DNA from: Acidobacteriota bacterium
GTDB taxonomy: Bacteria; Acidobacteriota; Vicinamibacteria; Fen-336; JAGNNV01
Direction of reading: 5' to 3'
DNA length: 60,069 nucleotides
Assembly: GCA_032127745.1 (NCBI GenBank)
Contig: JAQBHL010000257.1
Coordinates: 1 to 60,069, forward strand
In this document: positions 26,848-38,389 of the stretch, in pieces
Position numbering within the stretch: position 1 is the stretch's first letter
Layout: every line of letters begins with the position of its first letter
The notes under the pieces: generated by a model
What the model was told of the DNA's origin: nothing
Seen by the model: the letters and a program-made list of their open reading frames with translations, nothing else
Database searches by the model: none
Translations under genes and position numbers: made by a program

Positions 26848-27486
26848 CTAGGGCTTCATCGAAGCGATGTAGTCGTCGAACATCTTGATCACGCCGTCAA
26901 CTCTGGCGAAGACCGCGACGGAACGGGCGTTGAACTTGACCGCGTCGGGCTTGAGGCTCGCGATGGCGCTGGCGTTGAGGTCGTGCCCGAGGAACGCGGA
27001 CTGGTTCTTCGCGTCGGTCATGAGGGTGTCGAAGCTCTGCCGCGTGTCCCTGCCCGCATCCGCGATCTTCTCGAATTGAGCATAAGTGGCGTTGAGGCGC
27101 TCCTCGCTGCGCTTGCGGAGGTCGGGGTCGGTGATCGCCTGCAGGGCGGCATTCCGGGCGGCGAAGTAGCCGTTGGCCGCGGTGTTCATTTCCTCGACCT
27201 TCGGGCGGCCTGCGGACACCTTCTTCTCGCTGTCCGCGATGTCCCGGCCGAGGTCCCGGTAGGCGTTCTTGAGGTCCGGCGCGGTCATCTCGATGATCGA
27301 GTTATAGGTCGTGACCGCCTTCTGAAGCTGCGCGCGGGACGCGACGATGGCCTTGACCGTGCTGTCGACCGTCTTCAGGAATTTTTCCGTCTGCTCCGGT
27401 CCGGTCTGCGCCGGGGCCGGGGTCGCCTGCAGGGACAGCGCGCCGGCGACGAGGGCGAAAGCGAGGTACATTCTGTTTCTCATCAT
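26848..27486 (-). CDS. Exported helical hypothetical protein (DUF2959-like)
   Basis: Signal peptide; coiled-coil; FLGHDLNASAIASLK motif; RBS AGGAG. Confidence 0.65.
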   Translation of the reverse strand: MMRNRMYLAFALVAGALSLQATPAPAQTGPEQTEKFLKTVDSTVKAIVASRAQLQKAVTTYNSIIEMTAPDLKNAYRDLGRDIADSEKKVSAGRPKVEEMNTAANGYFAARNAALQAITDPDLRKRSEERLNATYAQFEKIADAGRDTRQSFDTLMTDAKNQSAFLGHDLNASAIASLKPDAVKFNARSVAVFARVDGVIKMFDDYIASMKP

Positions 27487-27711
27487 CTGACTTGACTCCT
27501 GTTTGATCGAAAGCTACGCGGCCGGGATCCCCGCGAGCGCGTCGGCCAGCACGGGATCGCACACCAGGAAGCGCGCCGTCTGAAGCACCAGAGGCAAGGG
27601 GTTCCTGACCTCAGGCGTCATTGCAACGCACATGAGACGGATCTTAGCAATCGAAATGGTGAGGCGGTCGATGGTGGGCAGCGGGCCGGGGGAGGTACGC
27701 CGCCCGTTCCC

Positions 27712-27855
27712 TGCGTGCATGCTACCGGCGGGGTAATTCCGGATCGAGCGGTTAGAAAGGAAAGCCGACCGAGAACCAGGGGACGGAGCCACCGTCGCGG
27801 GTGAGACCCTGTCCGAGTCCCGCTTGAACGGTCACGGGAATCCGATGGCCGATCA
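27712..27855. repeat. Intact copy of the ~145-bp direct repeat (partner of 19142-19287)
   Basis: Contains the last ~34 codons, TAA stop and ~40 bp downstream of the outer-membrane gene. Confidence 0.95.
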
Positions 27856-30553
27856 GCGCGTCGGCGCCGAGCCCGAGGGACACGCCCACCCGGGCCGAAC
27901 TCAGGTTCAGCGACCGGGCGGCGACCACGGCGGCGTCCACCGACGCGGTCAGATGCAGATGGCGCAGGAAGAAGGGCAGAGCCCGAATGCCTCTTTGAGG
28001 GTGTCCCAGCGGAACCCGCCAGTCGATATTTCCAAACACGAGCTTCCGCCCGTATCGCGATTCGTCCAGGCCGTCGGGCGGCTCGTACCCGCGCAGGACG
28101 GCGGGCTCGTCGCCCACCGGATCGAGAAGGGCCGGGCTCGGCAGACCGCCCACCCCGAAGGCCCGCTTCGGCACGCGTGTCCCGAAGGTCCAGCCCGCTC
28201 CGGCCCGCGACGCCACCACCGTCCTCCCCAGCCTGAGGTAGGCCCGAAGGTCCACGATCACCTTTCCGAAGTCGAGGTCGCTTCCGAGGGCCTCCAGTTC
28301 CCGCGTGGCTCCCACTCGAAGCCTCACCCCTCCCTCCGGGGAGATCGACATGGGATAGGTTCGCGTCGAGTCGAACTGCCAGGACAGGGCCAGAACGCCG
28401 GTGTCGAGGGTGGCCGGATCGATGGTTTCGCGTCGTCGCCGCAGGGTCAGGTCCACGAACTGCGACCTCAGAGCGGAACGCTCCAGGGGGAAATCAGCGG
28501 ACACGCGACCCTCGACCAGGTCTCTGGTGCCGCTGCTCGAAGGCGATGACTCCACCCGGGCGAGGGCGGTGAAGGTTGGAGTCAATCGATCGTAGCGAAG
28601 GTAAGCGAGACCGTTGACCTTCGACACCTGGGTGCCCCAGGATCCGGCGAGGCCATAGGTGGTTCGAAGGAGGGGGTCGAAGGCGGCGGTGGCCAGACCC
28701 ACCCGCCATTCACCGGAATCGGATTCGAGGTACGGAGTGACGAACCGCGGTCGCAGGCCCGACCACGGCCGGTACGATCGAGCGGCCCCGTCGAACGGCT
28801 CGGGCTCCTCGGTGAGCGCCGGCAGGTCGTCATCAAAAGCGCCCACCGCTTCGCCCTCCGCGAACGGCGTCCGGGCGAGGTCGTAGCCCCGCGAGGAGTA
28901 GCGGGCGTAGAAGACCGTCTTCGCCTGGAGATCGACCTCCGGGGTAAAGGCATTGTGCGGCGGGTTCTCGACCCGTCTGAGCCCCGAGCCATCTCGGTCG
29001 ACGAGAAAGAAGCGAAACACGCTCGCCTCTCGATCCGAACGAAAGATGATGGTCCGATCATCGACCCAGGCGGGCTCGGCGTCGAGCGCCCGGTCGTGGG
29101 TCAAGGGGGTCACGACGCCGGTCGACGCGTCCACCAGGACCAGATCGAGGAAGCCGCCTTCCATCCGCGCGGCCACCAGCGTGTCGCCCTGGGGGGAAAG
29201 GCGGGGATGCGACCACTCCGTGCCCGCCGAGGATCGGGTCAGGACCCGCGACGTGCCGTCGCCCGCGAGCAGGGACAACTCCGATCGATCGGGGAAGCGC
29301 TGGACGAAGACAATCATGGATCCGGCCAAACCGCCGGTTCGCCCGATGTCGGGTTCGCTGGCGCGCCGCCCGGTGGTCAGCCGCGTCCGATGGCCGGTCC
29401 GGACATCGACTCGATGCAGATCCGATCGCGACTCGAACTTTCTCACCTGATTGGTCTCGTCGAACACGATCGACCGGCCATCACCAGACCACGCCAGGGC
29501 TCCGCCGGAAAGGCGCGAGGTGAGGCGCCGATCCGAGGAACCATCCGGGTTCATGAGACGGATCTGGCCCAGCCCGTCGAGCGAGAGGGACGTGTAGGCG
29601 AGGAGAGACCGATCCGGTGAGAGGCGGGGCGCGGTCTGAACTACGCCCCGGGTGGTGAGAAGCTCGGACCGAGAGTCGGCGAGCGTACCGACCGCGGCGA
29701 GGCTGCCTGAACGCTGCCGGGCGAACTCCCGCCATAGCGCGGTCAGACTCTGGCCCGTGACCTTGCGGAAGGTTCTCTCGTCCAGATAGGGTAGGGAAGA
29801 ACTGTGTGAAACCGAGATGTCTCGGGTGGACTCCGGCCCGTATCCCTCCTCCAGCCAGCTCAGGAATTCTTCGCCAAACAGGTACACGGCATTCCCAAAG
29901 GGCCAGACATCGAGGCCCAGGGTCGCCTGATCCAGCCTCTCCAGCTGGCCGTCCCGGGCCGCTTCATCCACCAGCATCCGGGTGAAGGTGTGGCGCCCCC
30001 GACCAAACGCGGTTCCCCGGGTCTCCTCGCGCACGGCCAGACCCTCGATGAACCAGGTGGGCTGAAACGCGTCGGGGAAGAGGAAGGGGGCGCGGCCAAG
30101 GAGGTGGCGGCCAAAACCGTAGATTCCGCGCGCCTGTTCGATGTGCACGATGTGCGTGAGCTCGTGCGTGACCACCAGGCGCAGCCACGATTCGGTGGGT
30201 CCGGACTCGGCGCCATCGGGCGAGGCGGCCCGAATCTCGACGTAGGGGTAGGGAAAGGAGCTGGCGAGGCCATTGGGCGAGTCCCTGGCGTCATCCACCA
30301 CGATGTCGAGGCTCGGCACTCTCACCCGGTATCGCTCTTCCAGCCGGGGCAGAACCTCAAGCGCGAGAGCCATGGTTCGCCGGGCCGCCGCTTCGACTTC
30401 AAGGTGGAAGTGCACGCGGATCCGGCCGGACTCGATGGTCTTGAAACGGAATCGGGGCGGGACCGACGCCGCCCCGCCCTCGTCGGACCAGACCAGCGAC
30501 AGGAGCCCGGCGGCCACCAGCCGGAAGACCCTGAACCCAGATCCTCGATGCAC
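27752..30553 (-). CDS. Outer-membrane protein: gluzincin-like HExxH domain + TolB/PD40 beta-propeller + Omp85/BamA-like barrel
   Basis: THELTH...WFIEGLAV; SPD/SGDG/SPQG propeller repeats; DLRAYLR, LRGY, C-terminal SVGFPF; GTG start 30553 chosen (ORF track start overlaps arginase). Confidence 0.8.
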   Translation of the reverse strand: MHRGSGFRVFRLVAAGLLSLVWSDEGGAASVPPRFRFKTIESGRIRVHFHLEVEAAARRTMALALEVLPRLEERYRVRVPSLDIVVDDARDSPNGLASSFPYPYVEIRAASPDGAESGPTESWLRLVVTHELTHIVHIEQARGIYGFGRHLLGRAPFLFPDAFQPTWFIEGLAVREETRGTAFGRGRHTFTRMLVDEAARDGQLERLDQATLGLDVWPFGNAVYLFGEEFLSWLEEGYGPESTRDISVSHSSSLPYLDERTFRKVTGQSLTALWREFARQRSGSLAAVGTLADSRSELLTTRGVVQTAPRLSPDRSLLAYTSLSLDGLGQIRLMNPDGSSDRRLTSRLSGGALAWSGDGRSIVFDETNQVRKFESRSDLHRVDVRTGHRTRLTTGRRASEPDIGRTGGLAGSMIVFVQRFPDRSELSLLAGDGTSRVLTRSSAGTEWSHPRLSPQGDTLVAARMEGGFLDLVLVDASTGVVTPLTHDRALDAEPAWVDDRTIIFRSDREASVFRFFLVDRDGSGLRRVENPPHNAFTPEVDLQAKTVFYARYSSRGYDLARTPFAEGEAVGAFDDDLPALTEEPEPFDGAARSYRPWSGLRPRFVTPYLESDSGEWRVGLATAAFDPLLRTTYGLAGSWGTQVSKVNGLAYLRYDRLTPTFTALARVESSPSSSGTRDLVEGRVSADFPLERSALRSQFVDLTLRRRRETIDPATLDTGVLALSWQFDSTRTYPMSISPEGGVRLRVGATRELEALGSDLDFGKVIVDLRAYLRLGRTVVASRAGAGWTFGTRVPKRAFGVGGLPSPALLDPVGDEPAVLRGYEPPDGLDESRYGRKLVFGNIDWRVPLGHPQRGIRALPFFLRHLHLTASVDAAVVAARSLNLSSARVGVSLGLGADALIGHRIPVTVQAGLGQGLTRDGGSVPWFSVGFPF

Positions 30554-30629
30554 GGTCGATTCTCTCACCCGATCCGCGCGGTTCGAGGTTAGATTAGCCA
30601 CTCTCTCGCCAACCTGAGGAGTCGAATCT

Positions 30630-31559
30630 ATGTCGCACAGAAGATCCCGGAAACGAATCCGGGTCATCGGCGCCCCGCTCGATCTGGGCGCCGGTCACCG
30701 CGGCGTCGACATGGGCCCATCCGCCTTTCGGGTGGCCGGAATCCATCAGGCCGTGCGCGATCTCGGAATCGCGATCGAAGACTTTGGCGACATTGAAGCC
30801 GAAGTGGCGGAGACCCGCGAGCCGGGAAATCCTCACCTCAAGTACCTGAAGGAGATTCGCGCCACCTGCGTGACTCTCCGCAACGTGGTTGGCCGCACCA
30901 TGGACGAAGGGATCGTTCCCGTGGTCCTGGGCGGTGATCACTCCATCGCCATGGGCACGATCGCGGGAGTGTCGCGCCACTTTCGCAAGAAGAAGGCGAA
31001 GGCGGGCCTGGTGTGGCTGGACGCCCATGCGGACGCCAACACCGAGGACACCTCCCCCACCGGGAACATCCACGGCATGCCCATGGCGGTCTGCCTCGGC
31101 CTGGGGGCCAAGGAACTCCTTTCCATATACGACGCCAAGGGTCCCATGATCGACGGCGAGCGGGCGGCCATCATCGGCCTGCGCTCGGTGGACATCAAGG
31201 AGCGCGCGAACGTGGCCCGGGTCGGGATCGGAGCCTTCACCATGAGGCACATTGATGAGCGCGGCATGCGCGCGGTCATGGAGGCCGCGATCCGTCGGGC
31301 CATGAACGGCACGGCCGGGATCCACGTCAGCATCGATCTCGACGCCGTCGATCCCGACGAGGCGCCGGGAGTGGGAACGCCAAGCCCGGGCGGAATCAGC
31401 TACCGGGAAATGCATCTGGCCATGGAAATGCTGGCGGACACGGAAAGGGTCTGCTCGGTGGAACTCGTGGAGGTGAATCCGATCCTCGACCGCGCCAATC
31501 TGACCGCGAAGCTCGGGGTCGAGCTTCTGTGTTCTCTCCTGGGCAAGAAGATCCTGTGA
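30630..31559 (+). CDS. rocF: Arginase
   Basis: GVDMGP, LGGDHSIA, DAHADAN..TSPTGNIHGMP, SIDLDAVDP..APGVGTP, VEVNP. Confidence 0.95.
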   Translation: MSHRRSRKRIRVIGAPLDLGAGHRGVDMGPSAFRVAGIHQAVRDLGIAIEDFGDIEAEVAETREPGNPHLKYLKEIRATCVTLRNVVGRTMDEGIVPVVLGGDHSIAMGTIAGVSRHFRKKKAKAGLVWLDAHADANTEDTSPTGNIHGMPMAVCLGLGAKELLSIYDAKGPMIDGERAAIIGLRSVDIKERANVARVGIGAFTMRHIDERGMRAVMEAAIRRAMNGTAGIHVSIDLDAVDPDEAPGVGTPSPGGISYREMHLAMEMLADTERVCSVELVEVNPILDRANLTAKLGVELLCSLLGKKIL

Positions 31560-32041
31560 TCGGCTTCCACTTCTCTCACGAGGTGGAGGCGGTCTTCGGG
31601 GACCTGGATGGCATGGGCCACGTCAACAACGTGGTCCATTTGAAGTGGCTGGAGACCGCGCGCATCGACTACTGGATCCACGTCACCGGACAGAAGGCCG
31701 GAACCGGCCCGCCGCCCCGAGACCGGGCCTTGCACGACCCTGGCCCCGGCGTGATGTCGGGCGTGCTCATCGACATGATCCTGGCCCGCACCGAAATCGA
31801 CTACCGGTCGCCGGTGGAGTACGGAGAGAAGCTCGACGTGTTCATCCGGACCGCGCTCATCAAGCGGTCGTCCCTGGCGTTCGAGTACGCGGTGCAGGCC
31901 CAATCGGATGAGAGGGTGGTGGCGGAGGCAAAAACGATTGTGGTCTGCTATGACTACGCGCTCAAACGGTCCAAGCCCGTGCCCACTGATCTGAAGACCG
32001 CGATCCTGGCTCTCGACCCTTCGGCACGGGTCGAAATCTAG
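31556..32041 (+). CDS. Acyl-CoA thioesterase (4HBT/YbgC hot-dog)
   Basis: DLDGMGHVNN...WLETAR, IDYRSP; GTGA overlap with rocF stop. Confidence 0.88.
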   Translation: MIGFHFSHEVEAVFGDLDGMGHVNNVVHLKWLETARIDYWIHVTGQKAGTGPPPRDRALHDPGPGVMSGVLIDMILARTEIDYRSPVEYGEKLDVFIRTALIKRSSLAFEYAVQAQSDERVVAEAKTIVVCYDYALKRSKPVPTDLKTAILALDPSARVEI

Positions 32042-32074
32042 GTTCAGGGCGCCTGCGTTATCGAGGGAGATCCG

Positions 32075-33577
<1,503 letters not shown>

Positions 33578-33611
33578 AGATCGCTCCGGGCGAGGGCTCG
33601 AGCGGACCGAT

Positions 33612-35918
33612 TCAAGGGGAGTCGGTCACCCAGGGTTCCACGCGAACCCAGAGAAGGACCAGGGGGGATTGACTCCCCGCCGAAGCAGGCTCGCGGACGA
33701 ACCGAAGTTCGATCTCACCATTTTGTTCCCGCCGAGGCGGGATGTTCACCACATCCGTGGAGCCGGGCTCCCTTGGCCCGGAGATCATGGCGACTCGCTC
33801 GTCTCCAACCCACACGCCGACAGAGCCGATGGGCCCCTCGCTCGCTCCCGTTCTCAAGACCAGGCGAACTCCGGCATCCCGCGGCACCGGGAGGCGAAGA
33901 CGTGCCTCTCCACCCCCGATCGAGAAGTGGCGTCCCGCGCCCTCGTCCCCCACCTCCTTCCAGCCCGACACGAAAAAGACCCGATCCAATAGACCCGTCT
34001 CTATGAGAGCCGGGCGGTGGTTAGAAACCGCCTCGCCGACCCGAAGCCAGCTCAGCCAGCGAAGGGCCCCCAGAGCACAGACGCCAAGGAGAGCGGCCGT
34101 GGCGGCAATGCGAAGCATGGATCCAAGCGCCTGACCACGGGGGCCTCGATCCTTGAGGGCGACCATCCATCGGATCGCGGTCTCCGCCGCGATGGCCGCG
34201 CAGATCAGATAGAAGGGATAGGCAGGCAGAGTGAATCTCCATTCCGAGCCACCCAGGATTCTCCACGTCCATGCATAGGGGAGGATCGAGCAGAACAAGA
34301 CGGACAAGGCGATGACGCCGCCGGGTCGCCACAGGACCACGCTCAGGCCGACCAGAGCCAGACCCCGGCACACCGCGTCCAGGCCCGGAAGGAAGGCGCC
34401 CAGGCCGAACCACTTGTTCATGAACGGGTAGGTGGTGAGTCCGGCGAAGCCGGTCTGAAGAAACTCCCAGGGCAACGCCGAAGCGGCCAGGAACTCAAGG
34501 GCGGTTGAACCTCCGGTCCCCCCCAGTCCGGCTCGACCTCGGTAGAAGGACGCGTGAACATTGACGGAATAGAAAGGATCACCGAATGCGAGCGCGCAGC
34601 TGGCCATGAACGGTCCGACGAGCAGGAGCATCCACATCAAGGCCGCGCCCGCGGCCCGCAGGCGCTCAGAACGCGGCGCACCTCCGGGCAGAAGCGAGAC
34701 GATCAGAAGGCCCGGGATCAGGAAGCTGAAGGCACTGAGTCTGGTGAGCAAGGTGAGTCCGCCCAAGGCTCCCAGGATGATCGCGTTGCGTCGACTCGGC
34801 CCGAGATAGAGGGAGACGAGGGCGGCCGCGCAGGCCGTCACTTCGAGAGAAAAGAGGTCGTCACGCCAGCCTTCCACCGAAATCGAAATGACCTGCCATT
34901 CGATGGCCCAGAGAAAGGCCGCGATCAAGCCGGTCCACGCAGAAAGAAGGCGAGACCCCAGAGCAAAGATGGCCACACAAACCAGGGTGGAGCAAACCGC
35001 GGAGAGCACGCTGATCCCGAGGTCACGGTCCCCGGAAAGAAACAGGGCGAACCGGGTCAGGGCCGGGAAGAGGGGCTCCCGCGCACTCGGTTCGTAGAAG
35101 GCTTTCATCGAACGTGCGGTCGTGAGGTAGCTGAACGGGTCCCCTTCGTAGGGATGAGGCGTCGGGCGGTGCTCGAAACCTCCAGGGCGCGAAGCCGCAA
35201 TCTCACCGGCCAGAGCATGGGCCCAGTCGGGGGCCGAAACACCCGCGTAACGAATGATCAGGGCTTCAAACCTCAGACTCGCGGCCAGCAGGACGACCAG
35301 GCAAAGGAGGACCGTCGGCGCTCGCGCCAACCAGCCCTTGAATGAATCGCCTCGTCGCATGCGCACCGCGAAGAAGGCCGCCCAGACGAGGAGAGTCACC
35401 GGAACCATGGCCCGCGCGGCCCCATCGACGAGGCGGTCTGTTTGCGAGGGCATCTCCGGGAACAGCTGCCGGAGTGGCACCGGAATCGACCGGCCGGAAG
35501 CGGTGACGCCCTTGAGAAAGACTTCGCGCCTCTCGGCGGGGCCCGGCCAATAGGTCACGCGAAGGTGGTGCGCGCCCGGAGCCAGACGCATTTCACCCGT
35601 CGCGGGCAGGTCCACGCCGTCGAGTGCGGCCGAGGCCGCCCCGTCCGTCTTCAGGACCACGCGGACGAAGCCTGGCCCCGGTACGTTCCAGTAACCCGTC
35701 CAGTCGACTCGCAAGGGCTTCCACTGGCGGGCCAGAAAAGGGTCTACCCGTGACGCGCTGAGATTCGCGTGGCCGCGAGTCGCGACGAGCCGGCCATCCT
35801 CCGCGCGAAGACTCATCTTGAGTCCGGTGCGAGCGAGCCGGGCGCCCCATACGGCGATGCCCAGCGAAGTGAGCAACCAGGCGCAAATCAACAACCTCTT
35901 CTGGAATGAACGGCTCAT
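33612..35918 (-). CDS. GT-C (family 39/ArnT-like) membrane glycosyltransferase-like protein with PA14-like domain
   Basis: W.GYW.VP...DG PA14-like segment; GDP.SY, REPLFP, LTR, many TMs; ATG 35918 after AGGGGAGG. Confidence 0.65.
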   Translation of the reverse strand: MSRSFQKRLLICAWLLTSLGIAVWGARLARTGLKMSLRAEDGRLVATRGHANLSASRVDPFLARQWKPLRVDWTGYWNVPGPGFVRVVLKTDGAASAALDGVDLPATGEMRLAPGAHHLRVTYWPGPAERREVFLKGVTASGRSIPVPLRQLFPEMPSQTDRLVDGAARAMVPVTLLVWAAFFAVRMRRGDSFKGWLARAPTVLLCLVVLLAASLRFEALIIRYAGVSAPDWAHALAGEIAASRPGGFEHRPTPHPYEGDPFSYLTTARSMKAFYEPSAREPLFPALTRFALFLSGDRDLGISVLSAVCSTLVCVAIFALGSRLLSAWTGLIAAFLWAIEWQVISISVEGWRDDLFSLEVTACAAALVSLYLGPSRRNAIILGALGGLTLLTRLSAFSFLIPGLLIVSLLPGGAPRSERLRAAGAALMWMLLLVGPFMASCALAFGDPFYSVNVHASFYRGRAGLGGTGGSTALEFLAASALPWEFLQTGFAGLTTYPFMNKWFGLGAFLPGLDAVCRGLALVGLSVVLWRPGGVIALSVLFCSILPYAWTWRILGGSEWRFTLPAYPFYLICAAIAAETAIRWMVALKDRGPRGQALGSMLRIAATAALLGVCALGALRWLSWLRVGEAVSNHRPALIETGLLDRVFFVSGWKEVGDEGAGRHFSIGGGEARLRLPVPRDAGVRLVLRTGASEGPIGSVGVWVGDERVAMISGPREPGSTDVVNIPPRREQNGEIELRFVREPASAGSQSPLVLLWVRVEPWVTDSP

Positions 35919-36093
35919 CCCTCCCCTGGTGGCGTTCATGGATTGAAGCCTACCTTCACAAACTCGACTAAAATGACGGCGGAGTTCGTGCTTTGGAAGC
36001 CCGTGTATGTTCCCTCCCGGTCTTCCAAAAGGGCGCGCTCCCCGAAAGTCGCTCGATCCCCGCGGGCGGCTGCACCTTAAGGAGATGAATTCC

Positions 36094-37104
36094 ATGTCGG
36101 TACGAGTTGGCATCAACGGCTTCGGCCGCATCGGTCGGAACATCCTCCGCGCGGCTCTTCCTGACCAGAACCTCGACATCGTGGCCGTTAACGACATCAC
36201 GGACGCGAAAACTCTCGGGCACCTCCTGAAATACGACTCCATCCTGGGAAATCTCGACCACGAGGTCCGAGTGGAGGGCGATACCATTCTGGTCGCCGGC
36301 CGCAAGGTGAAGGTCCTTTCCACCAAGGACCCCGCGGCCCTGCCCTGGAAGGATCTGGGCGTCGAGTACGTCGTGGAATCGACGGGCCTGTTCACCGACG
36401 CCCTGAAGGCGAAGGCCCATCTGGCCGCGGGGGCAAAGAAGGTCGTCATTTCGGCCCCGGCCAAGAACGAGGATCTCACCATCGTCATGGGGGTCAACCA
36501 GGACAAGTACGATGCGGGCCGCCACCACATTGTTTCCAACGCTTCGTGCACCACGAACTGCCTGGCCCCCGCGATCAAGGTGCTGCACGATTCGTTCGGG
36601 GTGGTCCGCGGGCAGATGACCACGATCCACTCCTACACCAACGACCAGAAGATTCTCGACCTGCCCCACAAGGACCTCCGCCGGGCCCGGGCCGCCGCCA
36701 TGTCGATGATTCCCACTTCCACCGGCGCGGCCAAGGCCATCTACCTGGTCATTCCCGAGCTCAAAGGCCGGCTCGACGGAGTGGCCATGCGCGTGCCCAC
36801 ACCGAACGTCTCCGTGGTGGACCTCACCGTCGAGCTGAAGGGCGAGGTGACACCGGAGGCGATCAACGACGCCTTCAAGAAGGCGGCGAACGGATCCTTG
36901 AAAGGCATCCTGGAAGTGTCCACGGAAGAGCTCGTCTCCATCGACTTCCGCGGGAACCCGGCCTCCTCCATCGTGGACGCTCCCCTCACCCGGGTGGTCC
37001 AGGGCAACCTGGCCAAGGTCTTCGCCTGGTACGACAACGAATGGGCCTTCTCCTGCCGCATGTGCGATCTCATCCGCTTCATGGCCACGAAGGACCGGGG
37101 ATAG
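36094..37104 (+). CDS. gap: Glyceraldehyde-3-phosphate dehydrogenase type I
   Basis: GINGFGRIGR, SNASCTTNCLAP, WYDNEW; RBS AAGGAG. Confidence 0.97.
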   Translation: MSVRVGINGFGRIGRNILRAALPDQNLDIVAVNDITDAKTLGHLLKYDSILGNLDHEVRVEGDTILVAGRKVKVLSTKDPAALPWKDLGVEYVVESTGLFTDALKAKAHLAAGAKKVVISAPAKNEDLTIVMGVNQDKYDAGRHHIVSNASCTTNCLAPAIKVLHDSFGVVRGQMTTIHSYTNDQKILDLPHKDLRRARAAAMSMIPTSTGAAKAIYLVIPELKGRLDGVAMRVPTPNVSVVDLTVELKGEVTPEAINDAFKKAANGSLKGILEVSTEELVSIDFRGNPASSIVDAPLTRVVQGNLAKVFAWYDNEWAFSCRMCDLIRFMATKDRG

Positions 37105-37157
37105 TGCCGGCCTTAGCCCGGGCCTAGCCTCGCGGGCTTGGCTTGAAAACGTCAACC

Positions 37158-38381
37158 ATGTCAGCGAAGCAGACGATCCGGAATCTCGAGTCGGTCCGCG
37201 GCGCCCGCCTCTTCGTGCGGGTCGATTTCAACGTGCCCATGGACGGGGGATCCATCGCGGAAGACACCCGCATCCGCGCCGCCATCCCGACCCTTTCCTT
37301 CCTTCGTGACGCCGGGGCCGAGCTGGTTCTCGCCTCCCATCTCGGACGCCCCAAGAAGGGTCCAACCCCGGCGCTGTCCCTCGCGCCGGTGGCCAGGCGG
37401 CTTTCGGAGTTGCTCGAAGCCGAGGTCGATCTGGCCACGGACTGCATCGGAGACGATGTCCGGGCGCGGGCGCGGGCGCTGAAGCCGGGCCGCGTCCTCC
37501 TGCTGGAGAACGTCCGCTTTCACATGGAAGAGGAGGCGAACGATCCGGCTTTCGCCAAGGCCCTGGTCGAGGATTCGGGAGCCGCCGTCTTCGTGAACGA
37601 CGCCTTCGGGACCGCGCATCGCGCCCACGCCTCCACCGCCGGGGTCGCCCCGTTCGTCGATCACAGAGTGGCCGGGTTTCTGATGGAAAAGGAGGTCCAC
37701 TATCTCGGTCTCGCCCTCCACGCGCCGCCGAGGCCCTACGTGGCCATCATCGGCGGGGCCAAGGTGTCCGACAAGATCAACGTGATCGAGAACCTGCTCT
37801 CCCGGGTGGACAAACTGCTCATCGGCGGGGGCATGGCCTACACTTTCTTCCGGGCCATGGGCCTGGACACGGGTCGGAGCCTCGTAGAGGAGGACAAGGT
37901 GGATCTGGCCCGGACCCTCCTCGGCCAGGCGGAAGGTAAGATGTTGCTCCCCGTCGACCATGTGGTGGCGAGCGCCTTCTCCGCGGACGCCGAATCGCGG
38001 GTACTGCCCGTGGCCGAGACCCCCGCGGGCTGGATGGGCCTCGACATCGGCCCGCAGACGGTGAAGGCTTTTCGCGGCGAGATCGAGAAAGCCTCGCTCG
38101 TGCTCTGGAACGGCCCCATGGGGGTATTCGAGATGAAGCCCTTCTCGTCCGGAACCTTCGAGGTGGCGAAGGCCCTGGCCGACTCCACGGCCACTACCAT
38201 CGTGGGAGGCGGCGACTCCGTGGCCGCGATCTCGGAAATCGGCCTCATGGCCCGGATCAGCCACGTCTCCACCGGCGGCGGCGCTTCCCTCGAGTTCCTG
38301 GGAGGCGACACTCTGCCCGGCGTGGAGTGTCTGGACGACGCGAACGCGCCGGACCCTCTCTCTCCCCCGGGCCGGGGCTGA
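37158..38381 (+). CDS. pgk: Phosphoglycerate kinase
   Basis: RVDFNVP, SHLGRP, LLENVRF, GGAKVSDK, WNGPMGVFE, STGGGASLE. Confidence 0.97.
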   Translation: MSAKQTIRNLESVRGARLFVRVDFNVPMDGGSIAEDTRIRAAIPTLSFLRDAGAELVLASHLGRPKKGPTPALSLAPVARRLSELLEAEVDLATDCIGDDVRARARALKPGRVLLLENVRFHMEEEANDPAFAKALVEDSGAAVFVNDAFGTAHRAHASTAGVAPFVDHRVAGFLMEKEVHYLGLALHAPPRPYVAIIGGAKVSDKINVIENLLSRVDKLLIGGGMAYTFFRAMGLDTGRSLVEEDKVDLARTLLGQAEGKMLLPVDHVVASAFSADAESRVLPVAETPAGWMGLDIGPQTVKAFRGEIEKASLVLWNGPMGVFEMKPFSSGTFEVAKALADSTATTIVGGGDSVAAISEIGLMARISHVSTGGGASLEFLGGDTLPGVECLDDANAPDPLSPPGRG

Positions 38382-38389
38382 AGGGGAAG

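Noticed and set aside
27514-27650. Small minus-strand ORF (MTPEVRNPLPLVLQTARFLVCDPVLADALAGIPAA)
   Set aside because: No RBS or recognisable family; may be a remnant but cannot be supported.
33612-36623. 1003-aa ORF suggesting a giant fusion overlapping gap
   Set aside because: The first ~235 aa are antisense to gap and its leader; a good RBS/ATG lies at 35918.
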